Assembly (NCBI GenBank): GCA_964588985.1
Contig: CAZPQW010000002.1
Span: 1-64,000 of the forward strand
Length of the DNA stretch: 64,000 nucleotides
Source: an uncultured Solirubrobacteraceae bacterium
GTDB lineage: Bacteria > Actinomycetota > Thermoleophilia > Solirubrobacterales > Solirubrobacteraceae
Reading direction: 5' to 3'
Position numbers and translations under genes: made by a program. The first letter of the stretch is position 1. Each line of letters starts with the position of its first letter. The notes under the pieces were generated by a model. It saw only the letters and a list, made by a program, of their open reading frames with translations, was not told where the DNA came from and ran no database searches. Below, piece by piece: positions 56,989 to 64,000 of the stretch.

Positions 56989-57822
56989 CTACTCGGGCAC
57001 CGAGTGCGTGGGCGCCGCCACGTCCGGCGCCAGCTCCCTCAGCAACTGTGGCCACACCTCGGGGTCGTGCCCCGGGATCAGCCGGTAGCCGCGCTCGGCT
57101 GCGATCGCGTTGAGCCGGCGGATGGCGGGGAGCGTGTCCTCGGCCTGGCAGTGGACGAACCCGCCGACAGCCAGCTCGCGCTCGAAGTTCTCCGTCAGAT
57201 CGCCGGCGTCGAACGCGAACACGTAGCCGCTCCCGTCGGGCATGTCGATCACGAAGCTCTGATGCCCCGGCGTGTGGCCGGGTGTGAGCACAGCGGTGAT
57301 CCCGGGCGCGAGCTGTGTGTCGCCGTCCATCAGGCGCCAGTCGATGTCGGGGTCGTCGTAGTCGATCCGGAACATGCCGTGGCGCTCGGGGAAGGGGTGA
57401 TCGGCGAGCCCGTACTCCAGCTCAGACCGCTGCACCCACACGGGCACGCTCGGATCGAACAGCCGCAGTCCGCCAGCGTGATCGTTGTGCAGGTGGGAGA
57501 GATAGATACGCGTGACGTCCGCGAGCCGGACGCCGTGCGCCGCGAGCGCGTGCTCCAGGGGCTCGCCGTCGCCATCGGGCAGGATCGCGGTGATGTCGTG
57601 GTTACGCCCGTGCAGACGTTCGCGCAGCGGGAGGTCGCGGATCAGGGCGGTGTTGAAGCCGGTGTCGAGCAGCGTCCAGCCGTCGTCGGTGTCGAGGAGG
57701 ACCGCGGGGACCGGCTCGATCAACATCGCGCCGGATTCCTCGCCGTGGACCGAGTAGGACTTCGGCAGGCGCTCCCAGCCGAGGATCAGGGGAATCACCC
57801 TGCGCACGCTCGTCTCGCTCAC
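56989..57822 (-). CDS. N-acyl homoserine lactonase-family metallo-beta-lactamase
   Basis: LLDTG, SHLHNDHAGG, TPGHTPGHQS, FDAGD, PGHDP. Confidence 0.88.
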   Translation of the reverse strand: MSETSVRRVIPLILGWERLPKSYSVHGEESGAMLIEPVPAVLLDTDDGWTLLDTGFNTALIRDLPLRERLHGRNHDITAILPDGDGEPLEHALAAHGVRLADVTRIYLSHLHNDHAGGLRLFDPSVPVWVQRSELEYGLADHPFPERHGMFRIDYDDPDIDWRLMDGDTQLAPGITAVLTPGHTPGHQSFVIDMPDGSGYVFAFDAGDLTENFERELAVGGFVHCQAEDTLPAIRRLNAIAAERGYRLIPGHDPEVWPQLLRELAPDVAAPTHSVPE

Positions 57823-57900
57823 ACGCTGGATCTTAGGCGTGTACGCCGGCGGCGTTCGTGTCAACCTCGGACTCGGTGGGGTCTGTCACCCTGTCTGGAG

Positions 57901-59271
57901 GTGAACGCCCTCCCTCCCGGACCGACGGAGTCCCCCGCGGTGCAGATCACGCGCTGGCTGGTGCGCCCGATCGCGTTCATGGAGTCCTGCAGGCGACGCT
58001 TCGGCGACGCGTTCAGCGTGCGCTTCCCGGGCTTCGAGCGGCCGATGGTGATGCTGTCCGACCCCGAGGCGATCAAAGCCCTCTACACCGCGCACGAGCA
58101 CGGCCTCCCGCCGGGGCGCACGGTCACGCTGCTGCCGGTGATGGGGCCGAGCTCGATCCTGCTGCTGGAGGGCGGCGAGCACCTCGCGCGACGCAAAATG
58201 ATGCTGCCGCCGTTTCACGGCGCGCGGATGCGCTCGTACGAGTCGATCATCCGCGAGACAACCGAACGCCAGATCGACACCTGGCCCACTGATCAGCCTT
58301 TCGCGCTCCACCCCCACATGCAGGCGATCACGCTCGAGGTGATTCTCGAGGCGGTCTTCGGCGTGACCGACCAAGCGCGCGGCGAGCGGCTGCGCGAACG
58401 CCTGCCGATGCTGCTGCACGAGACATCCTCCACGGCTATCCAGTTCCGCTTCATCCTCGCCAGGCGCCTCGGAGTCGGCGACCCGCTGGCCCGGCTGAAG
58501 GAGATCACCGCGGGCATCGACGAGCTGCTGCTCGCCGAGATCTCAGACCGCCGCTCGGACCCCCTGCTGGACGAGCGCGAGGACATCCTCTCGCTGCTGA
58601 TCGTCGCGCGCTTCGACGACGGCGGCGCGATGAGCGACCGGGAGCTGCGCGACCAGCTCGTGACGCTGCTGCTCGCCGGCCACGAGACGACCGCGACGGG
58701 GCTCGCGTGGACGTTCGACCTGCTGCTCCGTCACCCAGCGGCGCTCGCGCGCCTCACAGCCGAGGTCGATGCGGGCGAGGACGTCTATCTGCGCGCGGTC
58801 GTCAGCGAGTCGCTGCGGCTGCGCCCGGTCGTGCCGCTCGCCGGACGGCGCCTGGCCTCAGAGCTCCACGCGGGGGAGTTGAACCTCCCCGCCGGCGCGG
58901 ACGTCACGCCCGCGATCTGGCTAACACACACGAGGCCGGACCTGTATCCCGAGCCGTACGCGTTCCGCCCCGAGCGCTTCGTGGAGAACCCGCCCAGCGG
59001 CTATGGGTGGATCCCGTTCGGCGGCGGCGTGCGGCGTTGCCTGGGGGCGAGCTTCGCGGAACTCGAGATGCGGGTGGTGCTCGAGACGATCCTGCGCCGC
59101 AGCGTGCTGGAGTCGGCGAGCGCGCGCGCGGAACACCCCACGCGCCGCAACGTGACCCTCTCACCGCGCAAGGGCACGCGGGTGCGCAGCCACGGACGGG
59201 TGGGCGCGCCCACTCGTGTGATCCGCGACGCGGACGGACTGAGCGCGGAGCCGGCTGGCGTCAGCTCGTAG
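57901..59271 (+). CDS. Cytochrome P450
   Basis: LPPGP, AGHETT, ESLR, FRPERF, PFGGGVRRCLG. Confidence 0.95.
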   Translation: MNALPPGPTESPAVQITRWLVRPIAFMESCRRRFGDAFSVRFPGFERPMVMLSDPEAIKALYTAHEHGLPPGRTVTLLPVMGPSSILLLEGGEHLARRKMMLPPFHGARMRSYESIIRETTERQIDTWPTDQPFALHPHMQAITLEVILEAVFGVTDQARGERLRERLPMLLHETSSTAIQFRFILARRLGVGDPLARLKEITAGIDELLLAEISDRRSDPLLDEREDILSLLIVARFDDGGAMSDRELRDQLVTLLLAGHETTATGLAWTFDLLLRHPAALARLTAEVDAGEDVYLRAVVSESLRLRPVVPLAGRRLASELHAGELNLPAGADVTPAIWLTHTRPDLYPEPYAFRPERFVENPPSGYGWIPFGGGVRRCLGASFAELEMRVVLETILRRSVLESASARAEHPTRRNVTLSPRKGTRVRSHGRVGAPTRVIRDADGLSAEPAGVSS

Positions 59272-59318
59272 CGGTCTGCTCCGGGGGACATCGGTGAGGC
59301 CGCGCTAGATTGAGGGCC

Positions 59319-60308
59319 GTGCCGAGCAGCCCCGAATCTCCCTCCGGCGCGGCGGTCAGCGTGAAAGGGCTCGTCAAGTCCTACGGCTCCGTGCGCGCGC
59401 TCGTCGGCGTCGACCTCGAGGTCGCACCCGGCACGGTGCTCGGCCTGCTCGGCCCCAACGGAGCGGGCAAGACCACGATCATCCGCATCCTCACCACGCT
59501 GCTGCGCCCCGACGCGGGAACCGCCGAGGTGGCGGGCCTCGACGTGGTCAGGGACGCGGCGACGCTCCGGGAGCGGATCGGGCTCGCGGGGCAGTACGCG
59601 GCGGTGGACGAGAACCTCACGGGCCTCGAGAACCTCACGATGGTGGGGAGGCTGTACGGCGAGACGCGCGCGGTCGCCAAGCGCCGCGGCAACGAGCTGC
59701 TCGAGCGCTTCGACCTGCTGGATGCGGCCGGCCGCGCGGCGAAGACCTACTCGGGTGGCATGCGTCGGCGGCTGGATCTCGCCGCGGCGCTCGTGGCGAA
59801 GCCCCCGGTGCTGTTCCTGGACGAGCCGACCACGGGCCTCGACCCGCGCAGCCGCCTGCAGCTGTGGGAGACGATCGAGGGTCTGGTCGCGGAGGGCACG
59901 ACCGTGCTGCTGACCACGCAGTATCTCGACGAGGCCGACCGTCTCGCGACCGAGATCGCGGTCATCGACCACGGCCGCGTGCTCGCGGGCGGCACCCCGG
60001 ACGAGCTCAAGGACCGTGTGGGGGGCGAGCGCCTGGAGATCCGCCTCGACGACGCGTCCTATGCGCAGCGCGCCGTCAGCGCGCTCTCCCCGCTCTGTGA
60101 CGAGCCGCCCACCGTCACGGGCGATCTCGTGACCGTCGGCGTGCGCGCACGCGGCGGCGCGATCGTCGACGCGGTGCGTCGACTCGACGAGGCCCAGGTC
60201 GGCGTGGAGGACATCGCGCTGCGCCGCCCGACGCTCGACGACGTGTTCCTCGCGCTCACCGGGCACGCCGCCGAATCCGACGACGAACGCGAGGAGGCCG
60301 CGGCGTGA
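59319..60308 (+). CDS. DrrA-like ABC exporter ATP-binding protein
   Basis: GPNGAGKT, YSGGMRRRLD, LDEPTTGLDP, TTQYLDEAD, PTLDDVFL. Confidence 0.93.
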   Translation: MPSSPESPSGAAVSVKGLVKSYGSVRALVGVDLEVAPGTVLGLLGPNGAGKTTIIRILTTLLRPDAGTAEVAGLDVVRDAATLRERIGLAGQYAAVDENLTGLENLTMVGRLYGETRAVAKRRGNELLERFDLLDAAGRAAKTYSGGMRRRLDLAAALVAKPPVLFLDEPTTGLDPRSRLQLWETIEGLVAEGTTVLLTTQYLDEADRLATEIAVIDHGRVLAGGTPDELKDRVGGERLEIRLDDASYAQRAVSALSPLCDEPPTVTGDLVTVGVRARGGAIVDAVRRLDEAQVGVEDIALRRPTLDDVFLALTGHAAESDDEREEAAA

Positions 60309-61069
60309 GGCGCCTCGTGACCGACACGCTCGTGATCGCCGAGCGCAACCTCGTGCGCCTCCCGCGCGCCCCCGAGCTGCTCGTCGCGTTCACCGTGCAG
60401 CCGATCATGTTCGTCTTGTTGTTCCGCTACGTCTTCGGCGGCGCTATCTCGACGCCCGGCTTCAGCTACGCGGACTTCCTGATCCCGGGGATCATCGTGC
60501 AGAACATCGCCTTCGGCGGGTTCGTGACCGCGCTCGGCCTCAACGAGGATCTGCACAAGGGGCTGATCGACCGCTTCCGCTCGCTGCCGATGGCGCGCGC
60601 GGCGGTGCTCGCCGGGCGCACGCTCTCCGACGTGGTCACCAATGCCCTGTCGGCGACGATCCTCGTGATCACCGGCCTGATCATCGGCTTCTCCTTCCAC
60701 ACGAACGTTCCGCACGTGCTCGCCGGAGCCGCGCTGCTGCTGCTGTTCGGCTACGCCTTCTCGTGGGTGTTCGCGTTCCTCGGGATGCTCGTCAAATCCG
60801 CCGAAGCCGCCAACTCGGTCGGGTTCATCGCGGTCTTCCCGCTCACGTTCATCTCCTCCGCGTTCGTGCCCGTGCACTCGATGCCGGCGGTTCTGCGCGA
60901 CTTCGCGGAAGTCAATCCGTTCACGATCACCGTTAACGCGATGCGCTCGCTGTGGCTCGGAGCGCCCGCCGGCGACAACGTGTGGGGCGCGTTCGTGTGG
61001 GCGCTCGTGATCGTCGCGATCTTCGCTCCCCTGGCGGTCGCGCGCTACCGGCGCGCGGCGGGTCAATAG
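60305..61069 (+). CDS. DrrB-like ABC-2 permease
   Basis: QPIMFVLLF, DRFRSLP, FISSAFVP..MP, VNPFT. Confidence 0.92.
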   Translation: MRRLVTDTLVIAERNLVRLPRAPELLVAFTVQPIMFVLLFRYVFGGAISTPGFSYADFLIPGIIVQNIAFGGFVTALGLNEDLHKGLIDRFRSLPMARAAVLAGRTLSDVVTNALSATILVITGLIIGFSFHTNVPHVLAGAALLLLFGYAFSWVFAFLGMLVKSAEAANSVGFIAVFPLTFISSAFVPVHSMPAVLRDFAEVNPFTITVNAMRSLWLGAPAGDNVWGAFVWALVIVAIFAPLAVARYRRAAGQ

Positions 61070-61078
61070 GGTCCCGCT

Positions 61079-62299
61079 ATGACCTACATCCCTCCGCAGG
61101 AGATCCTCGAGCGCTACGCATCCGTCCTCGTCAACTTCGCCCTCGGCGGAGGCGAGGGGGTCAAACCCGGCGAGGTCGTCAGAGTCGTAGCGCCCGAGAG
61201 CGCGAAGCCCCTCTACGCAGAGCTGAACAAGGCGGTGTGGCGGGCGGGGGCGCACGTGATCGGCGGCTACCAGCCCGACGACGATGATCAAATAAATCTC
61301 TCTCGCGACTTCTTCGAGATCGCGAGTCCCGAGCAGCTCGACCACTTCTCCGCCCTCTACACGCGCGGTCTGGTCGACGAGATGGACCACCAGGTGTCGG
61401 TGATCGCGGAGAGCGACCCGCACGCCCTGGACTCGGTCGACCCGGCGAAGATCATGCGCAAGGGCGAGGCGATGCGCCCGCTGCTGGACTGGCGTGGGGA
61501 GAAGGAGAACGAGGGGCGCTTCTCTTGGACGCTCGGCCTCTACGGCACGCCCGCGATGGCCGCCGAGGCGAGGATGTCGGTGGAGGAGTACTGGGAGCAG
61601 ATCGTGCACGCGTGCTACCTAGACGAGGAGGATCCGCTCACGCGCTGGCGCGAGGTGGGGCAGCGCCTGGACGAGACGCGCGAGCGCCTCGACGCGCTCG
61701 ACATCGCCCGCGTGCACATAGTGGGCGAGGACGCCGACCTGTGGGTCAGCCTCGGCGAGCAGCGGCGCTGGCTCGGCGGACGCGGTCGCAACATCCCCAG
61801 CTTCGAGATCTTCACCAGCCCCGACTGGCGCGGCACGGAGGGCTGGATCTACTGCAACCAGCCGCTCTACCGCTACGGCAACCTCGTCAAGGGCGTGCGC
61901 CTGACGTTCGTCGACGGGCGCGTGACCGACGCGAAAGCGGAGGAGAACGAGCGCGTGCTGACCGAGATGATCGCCACCGAGGGCGCGGACCGCATCGGCG
62001 AGTTCTCGCTCACCGACAGACGCCTCTCGCGGATCACGCGCTTCATGGCCCACACGCTGTACGACGAGAACGCGGGCGGCGAGTTCGGCAACACGCACAT
62101 CGCCGTCGGGCGCTCCTACCAGGACGCCTACGACGGCGACCCCAGCGAGGTGAGCAGGGAGCGCTGGGAGGAGCTCGGCTTCAACAACTCGAGCGTCCAC
62201 ACCGACATCGTCTCCACGACCGACCGCACGGTCACAGCTGTGCTGCGGGACGGCAGCGAACGCGTGATCTACCGCGGCGGCGAATTCCAGCTCGACTAG
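61079..62299 (+). CDS. Aminopeptidase, M29 (AmpS/T) family
   Basis: NIPSFEIFTSP, IGEFSL, LYDEN, NTHIAVG, NNSSVHTD. Confidence 0.92.
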   Translation: MTYIPPQEILERYASVLVNFALGGGEGVKPGEVVRVVAPESAKPLYAELNKAVWRAGAHVIGGYQPDDDDQINLSRDFFEIASPEQLDHFSALYTRGLVDEMDHQVSVIAESDPHALDSVDPAKIMRKGEAMRPLLDWRGEKENEGRFSWTLGLYGTPAMAAEARMSVEEYWEQIVHACYLDEEDPLTRWREVGQRLDETRERLDALDIARVHIVGEDADLWVSLGEQRRWLGGRGRNIPSFEIFTSPDWRGTEGWIYCNQPLYRYGNLVKGVRLTFVDGRVTDAKAEENERVLTEMIATEGADRIGEFSLTDRRLSRITRFMAHTLYDENAGGEFGNTHIAVGRSYQDAYDGDPSEVSRERWEELGFNNSSVHTDIVSTTDRTVTAVLRDGSERVIYRGGEFQLD

Positions 62300-62325
62300 C
62301 CGCGCGCGCGTCCATCAGCCAGAGA

Positions 62326-63174
62326 ATGTCCGACTCCACCGCAGAGGAGATCGAGGTCGTCGACCTCATGCACCTGGGTCACCCGCAGGTGATCGGCACG
62401 TGGCGCGTCGGCGACGTGGTCATAGACCCGGGGCCGAGCTCGTGTCTCGCGCAGCTGCTTCCCGTCCTCGAACGCCACCCGCCGCGCGTGATCGTGCTGA
62501 CGCACATCCACCTAGACCACGCCGGAGCGACCGGCACGCTGCTGCGCCGCTTCCCCGACGCGGAGGTGTGGGTGCACGAGATCGGCGCCCGCCACCTCGC
62601 CGACCCCTCGCGCCTGCTCGCGAGCGCCACCCGCCTCTACGGCGAGCACATGGACCTTTTGTGGGGCGAGGTCGCTCCGGTTCCGGCGGAGCGGATCAGG
62701 GAGCTGCGCGGTGGAGAGACCGTCGGCGCGTTCCGCGTCGCGTATACGCCCGGGCACGCCTCGCACCACGTCTCCTACCTGCACGAGCCGAGCGGGCGCG
62801 CGTTCACGGGCGACGTGGCCGGGGTTCGGATCGGCGACGGGCCGGTGTTCGCGCCGACGCCGCCGCCGGACATCGACCTCGAGGCGTGGCGCGACTCGAT
62901 CGAGCAGATCGAAGCGTGGCGGCCGCGGAGCCTCGCGTTCACCCACTTCGGCAGCTGCGACGACGTCGACAGCCACCTGGCCGCGCTGCGCGCCCGCCTC
63001 GACCAGCTCGAGACGATGGCGAGCAACCTCGACGAGGAGGGCTTCGCGGCGGCCGTGAGCGCCGAGTTGGCCGCTTCGAGCACTCCGGAGACGGCCGCGA
63101 CATACACACAGGCGATGCCTCCCGAACAGAGCTTCCACGGGCTCGCTCGATACATGCGGGGGCGCGAAGCGTGA
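62326..63174 (+). CDS. MBL-fold metallo-hydrolase
   Basis: THIHLDHAGA, TPGHASHH, FTGDVAG, THFG. Confidence 0.9.
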   Translation: MSDSTAEEIEVVDLMHLGHPQVIGTWRVGDVVIDPGPSSCLAQLLPVLERHPPRVIVLTHIHLDHAGATGTLLRRFPDAEVWVHEIGARHLADPSRLLASATRLYGEHMDLLWGEVAPVPAERIRELRGGETVGAFRVAYTPGHASHHVSYLHEPSGRAFTGDVAGVRIGDGPVFAPTPPPDIDLEAWRDSIEQIEAWRPRSLAFTHFGSCDDVDSHLAALRARLDQLETMASNLDEEGFAAAVSAELAASSTPETAATYTQAMPPEQSFHGLARYMRGREA

Positions 63175-63187
63175 GATAGTTCGCAGT

Positions 63188-64000
63188 GTGCACTCTGGGG
63201 AGGGGACGCACGCGGGCCAGGCGGTGCTGGTTCTCGGCGAGGCGGGAGGTCTGGGGGCGGCGCTCGTGCGCAAGCTCGAGCAGCAGGGCGTCCCCGTGCG
63301 CGCGGCGCTGTCGCTGAGCGACAGCCAGACCGCCGAGATCCTGAAGCAGGAGAGCTGGAGCTCGGTTGCGGTGGTCGCACGCGATGACGTGCTCGCGCTG
63401 CGCCTCACGCTGCTGAGCGCTCACCTGCGCCCCGACCTGCCGCTGTGGGTGACGATGTTCGACCGCACGATCACCCGCGAGTTGCAGCACGTGGCGCCCG
63501 CCGTGCACGTGATCTCGCCCTCTGAACTGGTGGCCTCCGATCTGGCCGAGCACTGCATCGCGGTCGCGGGCGAGGCCGCTACGCACAGGCGCAACGGCAC
63601 GCGGCTGGTTGACGACGCGCTGCGGCTGCTCGCGATCGCCGGCTGCGGCCTGCTCGCGACGCTCGTCTTCGAGGCGGTGCTGGCGATGGCGGCGCTGCAC
63701 GAGAACGTGGTCGACGCGCTCTACTACAGCACCCGTTCGGTCGCGACCGTCGCCGGAACGCCCGGCGCCTCCTCCGGCTCCGCTCTATACAAGGCGCTGT
63801 CCGCCGCGGACACGCTCGTCGCGCTGGTGCTCGTGGCGGTGTTCACCGCCGCGCTCGTGCGCCGCCTCAGCCGCCCGCGCCTCACCACGCTCGTCGGCCC
63901 GCGCGCCGCTCCCGCCCGCGGGCACGTGCTGCTCGTGGGCTTCGGGCAGGTCGGCTTCCGCCTCGCGCAGGAGCTGCGCCGCCGCGGCTTCGCTGTGCTC
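63188..64000 (+). CDS. RCK/TrkA-N domain membrane protein (partial, runs off the right edge)
   Basis: Manual translation: VLVLGEAGGLG...DDVLALRLTL..RPDLPLWVTMFDR, TM helices, DALYYSTRSVATV, then HVLLVGFGQVG. Confidence 0.7.
   Translation, partial: MHSGEGTHAGQAVLVLGEAGGLGAALVRKLEQQGVPVRAALSLSDSQTAEILKQESWSSVAVVARDDVLALRLTLLSAHLRPDLPLWVTMFDRTITRELQHVAPAVHVISPSELVASDLAEHCIAVAGEAATHRRNGTRLVDDALRLLAIAGCGLLATLVFEAVLAMAALHENVVDALYYSTRSVATVAGTPGASSGSALYKALSAADTLVALVLVAVFTAALVRRLSRPRLTTLVGPRAAPARGHVLLVGFGQVGFRLAQELRRRGFAVL

Noticed and set aside
57901-61069. P450 + DrrAB as a secondary-metabolite cluster
   Set aside because: No PKS, NRPS, terpene or RiPP core gene nearby; both families are common stand-alone genes in actinobacteria.

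Overview
High-GC actinobacterial DNA; gene content and style suggest Thermoleophilia/Solirubrobacterales (inference). From left to right: two adjacent paralogous A-type cytochrome c oxidase operons separated by CBS and PadR genes; lipid, redox and housekeeping genes (enoyl-CoA hydratase, PuuD-like, PAP2, LPG-synthase-like, trxB, ECF sigma-ogt, acyl-CoA genes, glyQS, Prx6, Nudix, OsmC, DUF1015) with a small inserted nucleotidyltransferase-HTH pair; and tRNA-Pro(UGG). An accessory region follows: orphan Phd antitoxin, TetR/DUF4389 with clear operators, phospholipase C, an NDT-like-DUF488-DUF488-dual-OB operon, a galactoside/amino-sugar utilisation cluster and three secreted proteins including a sedolisin. 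Next is a 12-gene operon under a guanidine-I riboswitch, then a lactonase-like MBL, P450, DrrAB, M29 aminopeptidase, MBL hydrolase and a partial RCK protein. The most striking item is the guanidine operon. Its urea/guanidine carboxylase homologue keeps only the carboxyltransferase module, with both the biotin carboxylase and the biotin carrier cleanly missing, and it comes with a peptide-type ABC importer and extra amidohydrolases. All family calls are from motif recognition by eye, not database searches.
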